DNA of 64,000 nt. It comes from Phycisphaerae bacterium. GTDB taxonomy: Bacteria; Planctomycetota; Phycisphaerae; Phycisphaerales; UBA1924. The stretch is taken from assembly GCA_030426605.1 (NCBI GenBank), contig JAUHXM010000003.1, positions 9,406 through 73,405 of the forward strand, in the 5' to 3' direction. The first letter of the stretch is position 1; each line of letters opens with the position of its first letter. A program made the translations under genes and the position numbers. Below the pieces are notes generated by a model. The model was given only the letters and a program-made list of their open reading frames with translations, made no database searches and had not been told where the DNA came from. Positions 34,966 through 44,882 of this stretch are shown here, piece by piece.

Positions 34966-36563
34966 CGGGCGATCTCGATCGCCCGTGTCTCACGCAGCAC
35001 CGTCACGCGGATCTCACCGGGGAAGGTCATCTCGTCAGAAACGCGCTTCGCGATGTTGTGCGCGATCAGGTACGCCTCATCGTCGGACACCCGCTCGGCA
35101 TCGATCATCACACGCACCTCACGCCCCGCCTGAATCGCGTGCGCCTCGATCACGCCGGGCTGGGAGAGCGCAATGTCCTGGAGCTCGGTCAGCCGCTGGA
35201 CGTAGCGTTCCATCGACTCGCGGCGGGCACCCGGGCGGGCACTTGAGACGGCGTCCGCCGCCATCACGATCGGGGTGTAGAACGTGGTCGCGGGGATGTC
35301 CGCGTGGTGCCCGCCGATCGCGTTGAGGACGGCCTCTTCCTTCTCGCCGTGCTGCTTCGCGAAATCCATCCCGATCTTGGGGTGCCCGCCCTCCATCTCG
35401 TGGTCCATCGCCTTGCCGATGTCGTGGAGAAACCCACACCGGCGTGCGAGGCGCCCGTCGAGCCCGAGTTGCTCGGCGATGATCTGGCTCAGGAACGCGA
35501 CCTCGACCGAGTGCCGCAGCACGTTCTGTCCGTAGCTGGTGCGGTAATGCAGCTTGCCCATCGCCTCGATGATCTTGGGGTTGAACCCGCGGAGGGACGT
35601 CTCGACCGCCGCGTCCTTGCCCGCCTTCACGACTTTCTCGCCGATCTCGCTCTGAACCTTCTCAACGACCTCCTCGATCCGCGTCGGGTGCATCCGCCCG
35701 TCGGCGACGAGCCGGCTCAACGCCTCGACGGCGATCGCCTGCCGGACCTTGTCGAAGCAGGAGACCACGATCACGCCGGGCGTGTCGTCCACGATGATGT
35801 CCACGCCCGTCGCCTTCTCGATCGCCCGAATGTTGCGTCCCTCACGCCCGATGATCCGCCCCTTCATGTCATCGGACGGGATGGGGACCGACCGGACCGT
35901 CGCGTCCGAGGTCGTCTCACTGGCGTACCGCTGGATCGCCTGGAGGAGGATCTCCTGGGTCTTCTCGCGGGCCCCCGCCTCGGCCTCCTCATGGATCTCC
36001 CGGACCCGCTTGGCGACCTCCGCCCGGTTCTCGTCCTCGACGCGTGAGAGCAGGATTTCTTTGGCCTGGTCGGCCGAGAGCTGCGTCACCCGATGGAGCT
36101 CGGCGGTCTGCTTGCGGACGAGCTCGACCGCCTCGGCCTCACGTTCGGCGATCGTGGCGTCCCGCTGATCGAGGTTCCTGGTCCGGTCCGCGATGGACTG
36201 TTCCTTGGACGCCAGCGCGTCCTGGGCTCGCTCAAGCTTGGACTCGCGTTTGGTGAGCGACCGCTCGGTCTCCATCAGTTCGCTTCGGGAGGCCTCGATC
36301 TCTTTGTCGGCTTGTCTCTTGCGGTCCAGGGCAGCCTTGTCCGCCTCCACCTCGGCCTTGTTGCGGATCGAGTCCGCCTCGGTCTTTGCCTTCGCGACGA
36401 TCGACTTGGCGAACAGGAGCACACCCACCACACCCAGAGCAATGCCGAGCACGAGCGCGCCGGCCGCCGGGAGGGCCCAGTGCACGCCTTGCGAGCCGGT
36501 GATCGGGGTCGTGGTTGCCAGTGGGAGCAGGGCGTCGATCATGGCGCGTGCCGATCTGAACAA
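34962..36563 (-). CDS. rny: Ribonuclease Y
   Basis: It has an N-terminal TM helix, a coiled coil, a KH domain (RIIGREGRNIRAIEKATGVDIIVDD) and an HD domain (FLHDIGKA...GGHH). The C-terminus reads GEIRVTVLRETRAIEIAR. An alternative start is ATG 36542. Confidence 0.92.
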   Translation of the reverse strand: MFRSARAMIDALLPLATTTPITGSQGVHWALPAAGALVLGIALGVVGVLLFAKSIVAKAKTEADSIRNKAEVEADKAALDRKRQADKEIEASRSELMETERSLTKRESKLERAQDALASKEQSIADRTRNLDQRDATIAEREAEAVELVRKQTAELHRVTQLSADQAKEILLSRVEDENRAEVAKRVREIHEEAEAGAREKTQEILLQAIQRYASETTSDATVRSVPIPSDDMKGRIIGREGRNIRAIEKATGVDIIVDDTPGVIVVSCFDKVRQAIAVEALSRLVADGRMHPTRIEEVVEKVQSEIGEKVVKAGKDAAVETSLRGFNPKIIEAMGKLHYRTSYGQNVLRHSVEVAFLSQIIAEQLGLDGRLARRCGFLHDIGKAMDHEMEGGHPKIGMDFAKQHGEKEEAVLNAIGGHHADIPATTFYTPIVMAADAVSSARPGARRESMERYVQRLTELQDIALSQPGVIEAHAIQAGREVRVMIDAERVSDDEAYLIAHNIAKRVSDEMTFPGEIRVTVLRETRAIEIAR

Positions 36564-36946
36564 GGGCCCGGAGGTCCGGTGCCGGTGATCGGCGGTGTGC
36601 GGGGTCGCGGGCTCGGGCGGGCGCGCGCGAGGTCCGGCGCCGGCACCTGAGACTGAATGGATCGTCCGGGAGGACGGACGCGATCGTGTCAGCGGGCCGG
36701 GCGAGCCGGACCGAGGTGGGTCGTGCGACCCCGGCAGCCGCCGGGGGGTTGGTCTGTGCCGGTCGGAGGACCGGTTCCGGGATGGTACCCGATCAGGAGG
36801 GCAACGTCACGCGGGGCACGCCCGTTGCTGGGCGTGAGGGCCGAGAACTCCTTCCGCGGCGTGGGTCGGACCGATCGAGTAGAGTTGCGGCCCCGGGCTG
36901 CCGAATCCGTCGAACGCCCCCCGCCTGACCCCCGTACGAGACGCGC

Positions 36947-37792
36947 ATGATGCGAACCCGATCTCTGAGTGTCATTCTGACCGGTGTGATGATCGCCACG
37001 ACGGCGATGACCGCCGGGTGCGGTGCCCCGCCCCCGGGCAAGCGCAAGGGCGGCATCCGCGCCCGCATGGTCCTGTGGGACCGCGAGCGGACCGTCCCGA
37101 TCGAGAACGGCCCGATCACCCTCGGGCGGTTCCTCGGTGTGGATGCCACCAACAACGCCGGCGGGATCTACGTCGAGGTCCACGAGCGGTACGATGAGGC
37201 CAAGGTGCGCTTCCGGGTGCGGCATATGCCGCTGCTGCGCCGGCTTGCCAATGCCGAGGGGTGGGACGAGGACGTCCTTCGCGGGCCTTGGTTCAAAGCC
37301 GAGTACGACCACTCGTCGCAGACCGGCGTGCTGACGATCCGCCCAACGGACCGGACGCTACCGGACGGGTCGCGCCCGCTGCTGGACGTCTTCATCTACA
37401 CGCCCGTGTGCGACGGCGCAACGATCGAGAACACGCACGGCGACGTTGAGCTCGTCGGCGTCCGCGGCGAGCTCGACGTGCTCTCCACGGGGCGCGTCGA
37501 GATCCGAACCGACGACCCGCTCGTCGAGAACCTGAACCTCCGCAGCACCGGAGACGGCGTGGTCGTGGTCGCACCGCCCGAGTCCAGCGGCATCATGCTC
37601 ATCACAGCCCCGCAGGGACGCGCGACGTTCACGTCACGCTACGGCACCGCCCGCAGTGTGACCTCCGAACGATCGCGCTGGAACGGTGTCTGGAACGACG
37701 GCCCCAACACCGTGACGATGCAGGCCGACAACGGGCACGCGCGATACATGGTCAAGGAAAACGCCGAGCTCTACACGCCGACGTTCCAGTGA
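36947..37792 (+). CDS. Hypothetical lipoprotein
   Basis: It begins MMRTRSLSVILTGVMIATTAMTAGC (lipobox). The remainder is beta-rich with clean coding composition. I recognise no family. Confidence 0.55.
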   Translation: MMRTRSLSVILTGVMIATTAMTAGCGAPPPGKRKGGIRARMVLWDRERTVPIENGPITLGRFLGVDATNNAGGIYVEVHERYDEAKVRFRVRHMPLLRRLANAEGWDEDVLRGPWFKAEYDHSSQTGVLTIRPTDRTLPDGSRPLLDVFIYTPVCDGATIENTHGDVELVGVRGELDVLSTGRVEIRTDDPLVENLNLRSTGDGVVVVAPPESSGIMLITAPQGRATFTSRYGTARSVTSERSRWNGVWNDGPNTVTMQADNGHARYMVKENAELYTPTFQ

Positions 37793-37798
37793 TCGCGG

Positions 37799-38641
37799 TC
37801 AGGCCGCCCGCTTCTGCTGGGCGTTGAGGTAGCCCTCGATCTGATCGAGCACGAATCGGCGATGCGTCGGGTTGTGCCCGAATTCGAAGGCCATGCCCGC
37901 GTAGGTCCGTTGCTGTGAATCCACGTGCGTGTGGGCGAGTTTCGCGCTCAGCGCGAGCGGCGCTGGCAGCACCGGGCTCAGATCGATGCTCAACCAATAC
38001 ATCGGGCCCGCGTCCAGGGCCCCGGCGTGCTCGGACTCGACGATCAACCCCACGCCGCCGCCGCCCACGTTGGACAGGCGCGCGGGGAAGGTCGTGCCGA
38101 CGTCCGGCAGCAACGCGTCTCCCGACGGGACGTGCCCGGTGATGTCCGAGTCCTGAGCGTCCTGCATGCGGACGCGCGAGGCGACCTCGGCGGGGATCGC
38201 CGAGCGTATGTCCCGCAGTGACCAGCACTCCACCATCGGCAGGTTGAGCTGCGCGGAAGAGATCCGATCGAACGAGCGGCGCTGACAACGCTCGACGCGA
38301 TCGGGCATCCTGAGACGCAACGCGGTGACCGGTCCCGACCGACCGTTGAGATCGAGCGTGCCGATCACCTCGGTGTGGAACATCCACCGGTTCTGCCCGA
38401 CGGACATGATGCCGAGCAGCGACGACCCGATCTCGATGTTGAACGCACGCCCCATCGCGCCCGGGATCTCGATGTGGATCTCGTCGTCGGTGAGCCCGAG
38501 GATGCGGACGCGCCAGACGAGATCTTTCGCGGGCGATCGAGCGTCGTCGGCGTTGAGGGCGAACTCGAGCCCCCCGCCGCGCTCGTAGATCCTCCACAGC
38601 GATTCACGCCACCGTTCGGTCCGGGATCGGCTCGCGGGCAT
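37799..38641 (-). CDS. PilZ domain protein (YcgR-like two-domain architecture)
   Basis: ATG at 38641 has GGAGAA upstream. It carries the PilZ motifs QRRSFDR and LSNVGGGGVGL (RxxxR ... D/NxSxxG). The upstream 279 codons of the track ORF are antisense shadow of the transglutaminase gene and were rejected. Confidence 0.7.
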   Translation of the reverse strand: MPASRSRTERWRESLWRIYERGGGLEFALNADDARSPAKDLVWRVRILGLTDDEIHIEIPGAMGRAFNIEIGSSLLGIMSVGQNRWMFHTEVIGTLDLNGRSGPVTALRLRMPDRVERCQRRSFDRISSAQLNLPMVECWSLRDIRSAIPAEVASRVRMQDAQDSDITGHVPSGDALLPDVGTTFPARLSNVGGGGVGLIVESEHAGALDAGPMYWLSIDLSPVLPAPLALSAKLAHTHVDSQQRTYAGMAFEFGHNPTHRRFVLDQIEGYLNAQQKRAA

Positions 38642-38793
38642 CGGGTTCTCCTCTCTCTCGCTCGCGGGACCCAGTCGGAGCGGGGCCCCCTGCCGAGGGG
38701 GTATCGCGGCATGACCGCGCCGGCTTGACGGGCGTGCATGGACACGGCGACACACGCGTCTGGTCGCGCCGCTGAGGACGGATCGGCGGGCGG

Positions 38794-41103
38794 TTATCGG
38801 CGCTTGCGCGACCAGTCGCGGACCGCGCGGGCGTCCGCCGCGAGCGCCTTGCGGGCGGGCCCGTCGGGCGTCTGAGCGCCGTACGCAACGCCGTAGAGCG
38901 TCCGCGCGATGCGTCGGGCCTGCGACGCGACGGGCGGCTCGTGCTCGCCCGCGAGCGCGGCCTCCACGCGAACAGCCAGCGGGTCGCTCTCGGGCGCCGC
39001 CGGTGCGGCGGCCTTGACGAACTCGAGTGCTGCGTCGTAGGCCTGCTGGAGTTCGGGCGCGCCGAGCAGGGGGCGGAAGCCCCGCCCGCCGCGTCTGCGG
39101 AACCGCAGCCACGCGGGAAGCCTCCACCCAAAGAAACCGTGCCGCGCGACGCGCGAGGCCAGCGCGCTTGCCGCCCACCCGAGCCCGAGCGTTGCGCCGA
39201 ACACGAGCCCGCCGATCGCCGCCGCCCGGATCACGGCCGTGTTGTCTCGGGATGTGAAGCGCGAGCTGACGCGTGCTTCCGCCCGGCGAGCCCACGCCGC
39301 GATCGTCGAGACGCCCAGCGCGCGGTCCTGCGAGTTTGAGCTGAACCCGACAACGTTGGAGACCCAGGCGAACTCGATCGCCTCGGCCATGCTCTTGGCT
39401 CGGGCCCAGAGCCACGAGGTCGGCTTCTGGTGCAGGTTCTGGAAGTCGTTCCGCGGTGTCGGGTCGTACGTCCGCCACAGCTCAAGGTAACGGTCTACCC
39501 CGCCCGGCGCCTGCCGTCTCGCGGTGGTATCCCGCGCCACGAGCACCTCGACCCATGCGTGCGCATTCGACTGGCGAACGACGTACCGCCCCGTGAGATC
39601 GTTGTACTCCGTCGCGACATACCCGGTGATGACGCGAGCCGGGATGCCGATGGACCGGCACATCAACGCCATCGCGGAGGCAAAATATTCGCAGTGCCCC
39701 GCGCGGGTAATGGTCAGAAAGTCAACCGTCGGGTCGATCCCGGGGCGGACGGGCAGTGGTGAGAGCGTGTACTCGTAGCCGCCCTCTGCCTGAAGAAACG
39801 ACTCGATCGCGCGGGCCGCCGCGCCGTCACGATCGACCGGGCGCGTCTGCGGGTCGGGATCGATCCCCGCGTCGGTCAGGATCCGACGGGCCAGCTCGAG
39901 CGCCTCGGGCGGGACCGTCCCGCCCACGACCGGCACCCGCTCCTGAGACCGCTGGATGCTGTCGATCCCCTGGGCCGCCCGGTCGAGCGAGCGGACCGCG
40001 TAGCTGAACTGCGCCCCCGACATGTCCGGCAGCAGCCCGGACGCAAGATTGCGCGTGAACGTGAACGAGATCGAGTTGTGAGACCAGTTCGTCGTTTGAT
40101 CGAACCATACGAACATCGGCTCGTTCACCGCGAACAGAGACGCCGTGCCCGCCGCGGCTTCGCGGAGCGTGATCCGCTGCTCGATCTGCCACGGGTCGGA
40201 CTCACGCAAAGCAGCGAGCGTGTCCCAAGATCGGAAGTTGGTGTCGGGCTGGTCGTTGTGCCGCTCGGGCGACCACTTCCATCGTCCATCCCGCGGGTCC
40301 TGCTGGTACACAGAAAGCGCGGCACCGCGCAGGTAGAAGACCCGTCCAATCGAGCCGATGGACCGCCCGTCGGGATCGAGCACCTGCAGGTCGAGCACGG
40401 GCGTCGCGGATTCGGAGATCCGCCCGATCGAACCGAGCTCGATCTCGTCGTCGAAACCGGTCTGGGCGTTCCCCGCGACTTCGCGCCACGACCCGAACGC
40501 CCGCTCGCCCAGCTCACGCGGAAAAAGGAGAAACATCAGCGTGCTGCCCGCGAAGACGGCGATCGTGGTGACGATCACGACGCGCCGCGCGTCCCGCCGG
40601 ATGGTCGGCCGTATCGGGGGGGCTGTCGAGAGCCCCGCCGCCTCGTGCGCCGCGACGAGCTGATACCCGAGCACCGCCGAGATGAGCAGCGGCGCGATGA
40701 TCAGGATCGTCAGTCCGACGCCGATATTGTTGCTCGTCAGGATCGCGCCGATGCACAAAAACACCGCCAGCGTGAGCACCTGCGCGTCATCGCGGGCGCG
40801 ACGACGATCGAGCATCTTCACCGCGAGCAGCATGATGATGAACTCGCAGAAGAGCCCGACGGTGAACCCCGATCCCATCGCCGCGCGGAGCAGCGCCAGG
40901 CTCGTGACCGCGACGATCAGCGCGATGACGACCGGCATGGGCAGCGGCGTCCGCGCCCCACGCGATCGCCCAACCACGTACCCGAACACGACCCCCGCGA
41001 TAGCGAGAACGAACACCGCGATCGACTGCTCCGCCAGCGCGTACATCACGATCGCAAGGACCGACACGGTCAACAACCGGCGTTCGAACGTTCGCGGGGT
41101 CAC
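38794..41103 (-). CDS. Transglutaminase-like membrane protein (DUF3488-type N-terminus + TGase core)
   Basis: The N-terminus has multiple TM segments. The TGase core reads [28 protein letters not shown]...NAHAWVEV (Cys-His-Asp type). The start codon is GTG at 41103. Confidence 0.85.
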   Translation of the reverse strand: MTPRTFERRLLTVSVLAIVMYALAEQSIAVFVLAIAGVVFGYVVGRSRGARTPLPMPVVIALIVAVTSLALLRAAMGSGFTVGLFCEFIIMLLAVKMLDRRRARDDAQVLTLAVFLCIGAILTSNNIGVGLTILIIAPLLISAVLGYQLVAAHEAAGLSTAPPIRPTIRRDARRVVIVTTIAVFAGSTLMFLLFPRELGERAFGSWREVAGNAQTGFDDEIELGSIGRISESATPVLDLQVLDPDGRSIGSIGRVFYLRGAALSVYQQDPRDGRWKWSPERHNDQPDTNFRSWDTLAALRESDPWQIEQRITLREAAAGTASLFAVNEPMFVWFDQTTNWSHNSISFTFTRNLASGLLPDMSGAQFSYAVRSLDRAAQGIDSIQRSQERVPVVGGTVPPEALELARRILTDAGIDPDPQTRPVDRDGAAARAIESFLQAEGGYEYTLSPLPVRPGIDPTVDFLTITRAGHCEYFASAMALMCRSIGIPARVITGYVATEYNDLTGRYVVRQSNAHAWVEVLVARDTTARRQAPGGVDRYLELWRTYDPTPRNDFQNLHQKPTSWLWARAKSMAEAIEFAWVSNVVGFSSNSQDRALGVSTIAAWARRAEARVSSRFTSRDNTAVIRAAAIGGLVFGATLGLGWAASALASRVARHGFFGWRLPAWLRFRRRGGRGFRPLLGAPELQQAYDAALEFVKAAAPAAPESDPLAVRVEAALAGEHEPPVASQARRIARTLYGVAYGAQTPDGPARKALAADARAVRDWSRKRR

Positions 41104-41106
41104 GCC

Positions 41107-42249
41107 TCAGCCCCCACAGGAAGCATGACATCGGGCAGCCGGGCCCCCGGTGCAAGCCACGAGCGCGTTGACATGCTCGCGCCCGGTCCGCCCGCCGAGC
41201 CCGATGGTGAGTGCTTCATCGCCGGCACCGGGCCCTCGGAACCCGCGGGCAAGGGTCTCGGTTGGTTCTACGCTCGCCAGCGCCCTCAGCAGCCGGTAGA
41301 GCGATCGCTGCCCGGGCGCGGGCGTCACGGACACGCCACCCCATCCCGCGGAGAGCCCGACCGCCGCCCCGTGCTTGGCGAGGTTCGTCGCGATGCTCGC
41401 CGCCGCGGCCAACGCGAGTTCACGCTCCGCCTCGGGCGCGTCGGCGATAGAGTCGTCGAGCACGATCCACGGCCGGGCTGGCAGCGACGACGCGGTCCGT
41501 CGGACGACCATTGATCCGAGCGACGCCGAACGCTTCCACGCGATCGAGACGAGCGCGTCGCCCGGTCGGTACTCGGAGATGCTGTAGAACTCGACGCCCT
41601 CGGGGTTCATCACACGCGTGCCGGCGCTCGTGCGCGCGGACCGCGTGCGCACGCGCCGGTCAAGCCCGCGCGTGGGCAACACCGCCGGCAGGGTCAGGAC
41701 GGTCCCGGGCAGCTCGAACACAACCGATTTGCGGACCAGCCCGAACGGGTACGAGGACGACAGCCGCACGTACCGCAGCTCGGTCACGCCCCGTTTCGTT
41801 GCGATGACGGACGCCCGCGCCCGCCCCCGCCCGCGTGGCGGGCAGTGCGTCAGCACCGCCGGCTTCGTCTCGAACCGCTCGAGCCGGGACTTCCCGCTCT
41901 GGTTGGTCCCGAGTTCCTCGATCAGCACCGCGAACGCCGGCAGCACCCGGTGCCCGTTGAGCACCTGGTACCGCAGCTGAAGCGACTCGCCCACGTGCGG
42001 CGTCCCCGTCGGCTCGCGCGTCACGCGCAGCTTGAGCATCGTCCCGCCCGAGATGAGCCCGGAGACGATCACGCCGCACACGGCGGCACCGAACGCCCAG
42101 TACAGCAGGTTGTTCTGCGAGTTCACCGCGCCGACGGCCAGGAACAGCGCCGTCGCGATATACACGAAGCTCGGCCACCGGAGCTCGTAGCGTCGGGAGA
42201 CCGGCGATGCGGAGCGCGCGTCCGAATTCTCGGGCGCGCGCGCAATCAC
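41107..42249 (-). CDS. DUF58 domain protein
   Basis: It contains YSISEYRPGDALVSIAWKRSA, the DUF58 signature, and has two N-terminal TM helices. It lies directly upstream of the transglutaminase gene, as in MoxR/DUF58/TGase clusters. Confidence 0.8.
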   Translation of the reverse strand: MIARAPENSDARSASPVSRRYELRWPSFVYIATALFLAVGAVNSQNNLLYWAFGAAVCGVIVSGLISGGTMLKLRVTREPTGTPHVGESLQLRYQVLNGHRVLPAFAVLIEELGTNQSGKSRLERFETKPAVLTHCPPRGRGRARASVIATKRGVTELRYVRLSSSYPFGLVRKSVVFELPGTVLTLPAVLPTRGLDRRVRTRSARTSAGTRVMNPEGVEFYSISEYRPGDALVSIAWKRSASLGSMVVRRTASSLPARPWIVLDDSIADAPEAERELALAAAASIATNLAKHGAAVGLSAGWGGVSVTPAPGQRSLYRLLRALASVEPTETLARGFRGPGAGDEALTIGLGGRTGREHVNALVACTGGPAARCHASCGG

Positions 42250-42680
42250 TCGGTGGTCTCGCTGGCCCCCGAAGTCCGGCGCTCACGCACGTTCACGAGC
42301 ACCGCCTGGCCCTGGCGCGGGGGGTAGATCCGCGTGCTGGTGCGGAGCGTGCCGTCGCCCTCGGTCAGAATCACGACGGGCCCGCGCACCTTGTCCGCGT
42401 CCCTGAGGCGCATCGAGAAGTTGCCCGACCCGTCCGAGACGGCGGTTGCGAGCGGGGCGACGCCGCCGGAAGTCTCGCTGCCGACGCGCACGATCTTGAG
42501 TTCGACGCCCGGGATGCCCTGCTCGCTCAAACGCTCGTCGCGCTCGTCCACCACGACGGCCCGCCCGATGGGCGACCCCACCACGGTGCCGCGGACCGTG
42601 ATCCCCCCGCACCCCGCGAGCAGCGAGAGCAGACAACACGCGGTGATGGCTCGGATCCTGCTGAACGTGTGCATGGTCAT
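42246..42680 (-). CDS. Small lipoprotein with carboxypeptidase-regulatory-like beta-sandwich
   Basis: ATG at 42680 overlaps the scpB stop (ATGA). It begins MTMHTFSRIRAITACCLLSLLAGC, followed by VRGTVVGSPIG...GIPGVELKIV...AVSDGSGNFSMRL. The remainder of the 395-aa track ORF was rejected. Confidence 0.55.
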   Translation of the reverse strand: MTMHTFSRIRAITACCLLSLLAGCGGITVRGTVVGSPIGRAVVVDERDERLSEQGIPGVELKIVRVGSETSGGVAPLATAVSDGSGNFSMRLRDADKVRGPVVILTEGDGTLRTSTRIYPPRQGQAVLVNVRERRTSGASETTE

Positions 42681-43348
42681 CCTTCGTCTGCCTCTCCGGT
42701 TCGGACAGGCTCGGGTTCGGGTTCCGCGGCGGGCGCCTTCGTCACGATTTCCGCGCCGCCGCCTTTGCCTGGGTCGGCCGACGGCGGCAGGTCCTTCAGC
42801 GAGGCCAGCCCGAACTGGTCCAGGAAATGCTTCGTCGTCCCGTACAGCATCGGACGCCCCAGCTCCTCGGCACGCCCCTTGATCATGAGGAACTTCCGGT
42901 CCAGCAGCGATCGGAGAACCTCCCCGCACGCCACGCCCCGGATCGCCTCCAGGTCCGCCCGGGTGATGGGCTGGCGATAGGCAACGATCGCGAGGGTCTC
43001 GAGCGCCGCCCGTGAGAGCCGCCCGGACTCCCGGCTCTTTCGCACGCAGGCGATCGCGGGCGCGTACGCCGGGAGCGTCATGAGCCTCAGGCCGCCCCCC
43101 ACGCGTTCGATGCGGAACGACCGCCCCGTCGCGCCGTACTGCTCGTTGAGGCGTTCGACGGCGGCGTCGATGTCCTCCACCGTCACGTCCGCCTGCCCGC
43201 CCGAGGTCAGGGCCTCGGCGAGCTTGCTCGCGGGGGTCGGGCGGTCGAGCGTGACGAGCACCGATTCGATGGTCGCGTCGAGCGAGAGCCCGGCGGGGTG
43301 GGTGTCGGTCGCCGCGTCCGTGCCGGCGTGCGTGTCGTGATCCGTCAT
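42677..43348 (-). CDS. scpB: Segregation and condensation protein B
   Basis: It contains SRAALETLAIVAYRQPITRADLEAIRGV...LRSLLDRKFL...GRAEELGRPMLYGTTKHFLDQFGL. Confidence 0.88.
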   Translation of the reverse strand: MTDHDTHAGTDAATDTHPAGLSLDATIESVLVTLDRPTPASKLAEALTSGGQADVTVEDIDAAVERLNEQYGATGRSFRIERVGGGLRLMTLPAYAPAIACVRKSRESGRLSRAALETLAIVAYRQPITRADLEAIRGVACGEVLRSLLDRKFLMIKGRAEELGRPMLYGTTKHFLDQFGLASLKDLPPSADPGKGGGAEIVTKAPAAEPEPEPVRTGEADEG

Positions 43349-43398
43349 GCCCGGATGGTACTCGCCCGGGGCGGGGGCCGGGCGGATAGGCTCGGGCG

Positions 43399-44343
43399 AT
43401 GTCCGCCGAGCCCCTGCCCAGCATCCAGCACACCTACCCGGGGCTGCCCAAGCTCGCCGAGCACGTGGTCCACCGGCGGCGCGAGCGGGTCTTCCTGGTC
43501 TTCGCCGGGCTCTTCCTGGGCACGCTGGCGATGCTCAACATCCTGGGCATCACCCGGTTCATCAAGCTCTTCGAGATCGACTTCGACACGAGCACCCCGG
43601 AGAAGACCGCCTTCGCGGTCGCCGTGGGCGTCTTGCCCTACCCGATCACGTTCCTGTGCACGGACTTCATCTCCGAGCTCTACGGGCGGACGCGGGCGAA
43701 CTGGGTGGTCTTCGTCGGTCTCATCCTGAACGTGTGGGTGATGGGCATCCTGTGGCTTGGTGGAACGCTGCCCGGGTTCGAGGGAGTCAACCCAGAAACT
43801 CAGCAAGTCATGGATTCATGGTTGGCGACCCTTCCGTCACTCGAGGATGCACCGCATGATGCCGCACGCTCCTCCATCGAGGCAATCGAGCTCATCCACG
43901 GGGCCATGGACCGCGAGCCCGTCTTCTTCGAGGTCCGCACGCTCGCGTTCGGCGCCGTGACGGCCTCGATGATCGCCTACCTCGTCGCCCAATTCGTGGA
44001 CGTCCAAGTCTTCCACTTCTGGAAGTGGCTGACCAAGGGCAAGCACCTGTGGCTGCGCAACAACGGGTCCACGATCATCAGCCAGCTCGTGGACACGACC
44101 GCCGTGATCCTCATCACGCACTTCTACGCCAAGGCGCTCCCCATCGACGCCCAGCAGGCGTTGTGGCCGCAGCTCATGGTCTTCATCGCGACGGGGTACG
44201 CCTTCAAGCTCGCCGCCGCGTTGCTGGACACGGTCCCGTTCTACCTGGGCACGCCCGCGCTGGCCCGATACCTGCGCCTCCCGCCCGCGACCTACCTGGA
44301 GCCCGCGTCGGGCGCGGCGGCGGTCGAAGCGGGCGTGGGCTGA
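43399..44343 (+). CDS. Queuosine-precursor transporter family (YhhQ/DUF165, VUT family)
   Basis: It contains LPYPITFLCTDFISELYG and NGSTIISQLVDTTAVILITH, in a polytopic membrane protein. Confidence 0.8.
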   Translation: MSAEPLPSIQHTYPGLPKLAEHVVHRRRERVFLVFAGLFLGTLAMLNILGITRFIKLFEIDFDTSTPEKTAFAVAVGVLPYPITFLCTDFISELYGRTRANWVVFVGLILNVWVMGILWLGGTLPGFEGVNPETQQVMDSWLATLPSLEDAPHDAARSSIEAIELIHGAMDREPVFFEVRTLAFGAVTASMIAYLVAQFVDVQVFHFWKWLTKGKHLWLRNNGSTIISQLVDTTAVILITHFYAKALPIDAQQALWPQLMVFIATGYAFKLAAALLDTVPFYLGTPALARYLRLPPATYLEPASGAAAVEAGVG

Positions 44344-44483
44344 GCCGGCCCGCCCGATAACGCTCGGACCGTCACGAGCGACGGACTCCAACACCGCCGG
44401 TTTCAGTTGAAAGCGGTTGCGGTCGTTCATCCCCCCCATCTGGCCGATGACACCCCGTCGCTGCGCGACGAGGAGGAGGCATC

Positions 44484-44882
44484 ATGCCCGGCCAGACCGT
44501 CCTGCTCGCCGATGACGAGCCCCACATCACGCACATCGTCTCCCGGAAGCTCGAGGGTGCCGGGTTCACGACGATCACCGCACGCGACGGTGAGGAAGCC
44601 CTGCGTGTCGCGCTCGAGGTCCTCCCCGACATCGTCGTGACGGACCTGCAGATGCCGCACATGAACGGGTTCGAATTCGCGACCGAGCTGCGTCGCAACC
44701 AATCCACCACCGACATCCCCGTGCTCATGCTCACCGCCCGCGGGTACTTCCTGAGCCAGGAAGAACTCGAGCAGACCAACATCCGCGAGGTGCTGAGCAA
44801 GCCGTTCACCGCCCGCGGGTTGCTCGAGAAGGTCATACAGCTCGCCGGGTCGGCGGGCGCAGAAGCCAGGAACGCCGCGTGA
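44484..44882 (+). CDS. Single-domain response regulator (CheY-like receiver)
   Basis: It reads VLLADDEP...DIVVTDLQMPHMNGFEF...PVLMLTA...KPF. There is a strong RBS, GAGGAGGAGG. Its stop overlaps the next gene's GTG start (GTGA). Confidence 0.9.
   Translation: MPGQTVLLADDEPHITHIVSRKLEGAGFTTITARDGEEALRVALEVLPDIVVTDLQMPHMNGFEFATELRRNQSTTDIPVLMLTARGYFLSQEELEQTNIREVLSKPFTARGLLEKVIQLAGSAGAEARNAA

Noticed and set aside
36564-36946. Possibility that the rny upstream region encodes RNase P RNA, SRP RNA, tmRNA or 6S RNA.
   Set aside because: The conserved cores I remember are not present on either strand. These are GAGGAAAGUCCGG for RNase P, the GGAA-tetraloop domain IV context for SRP, and the tRNA-like ends with a tag ORF for tmRNA. 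It is kept only as a low-interest structured-leader candidate.
38642-39478. Upstream 279 codons of ORF 37799..39478, in front of the PilZ domain.
   Set aside because: It overlaps the 3' part of the transglutaminase gene in another frame and has Arg/Ala/Gly-rich composition. An ATG with a good RBS at 38641 starts the PilZ protein.
42681-43433. Upstream part of ORF 42246..43433. Similar upstream extensions occur in 50082..50993, 25747..26700, 22167..22946, 22784..23239, 50672..51280, 51214..52011 and 32942..34147.
   Set aside because: In each case the extension overlaps a better-supported neighbouring gene. An internal start gives a proper signal peptide or prepilin leader and a stop/start overlap with the upstream gene.
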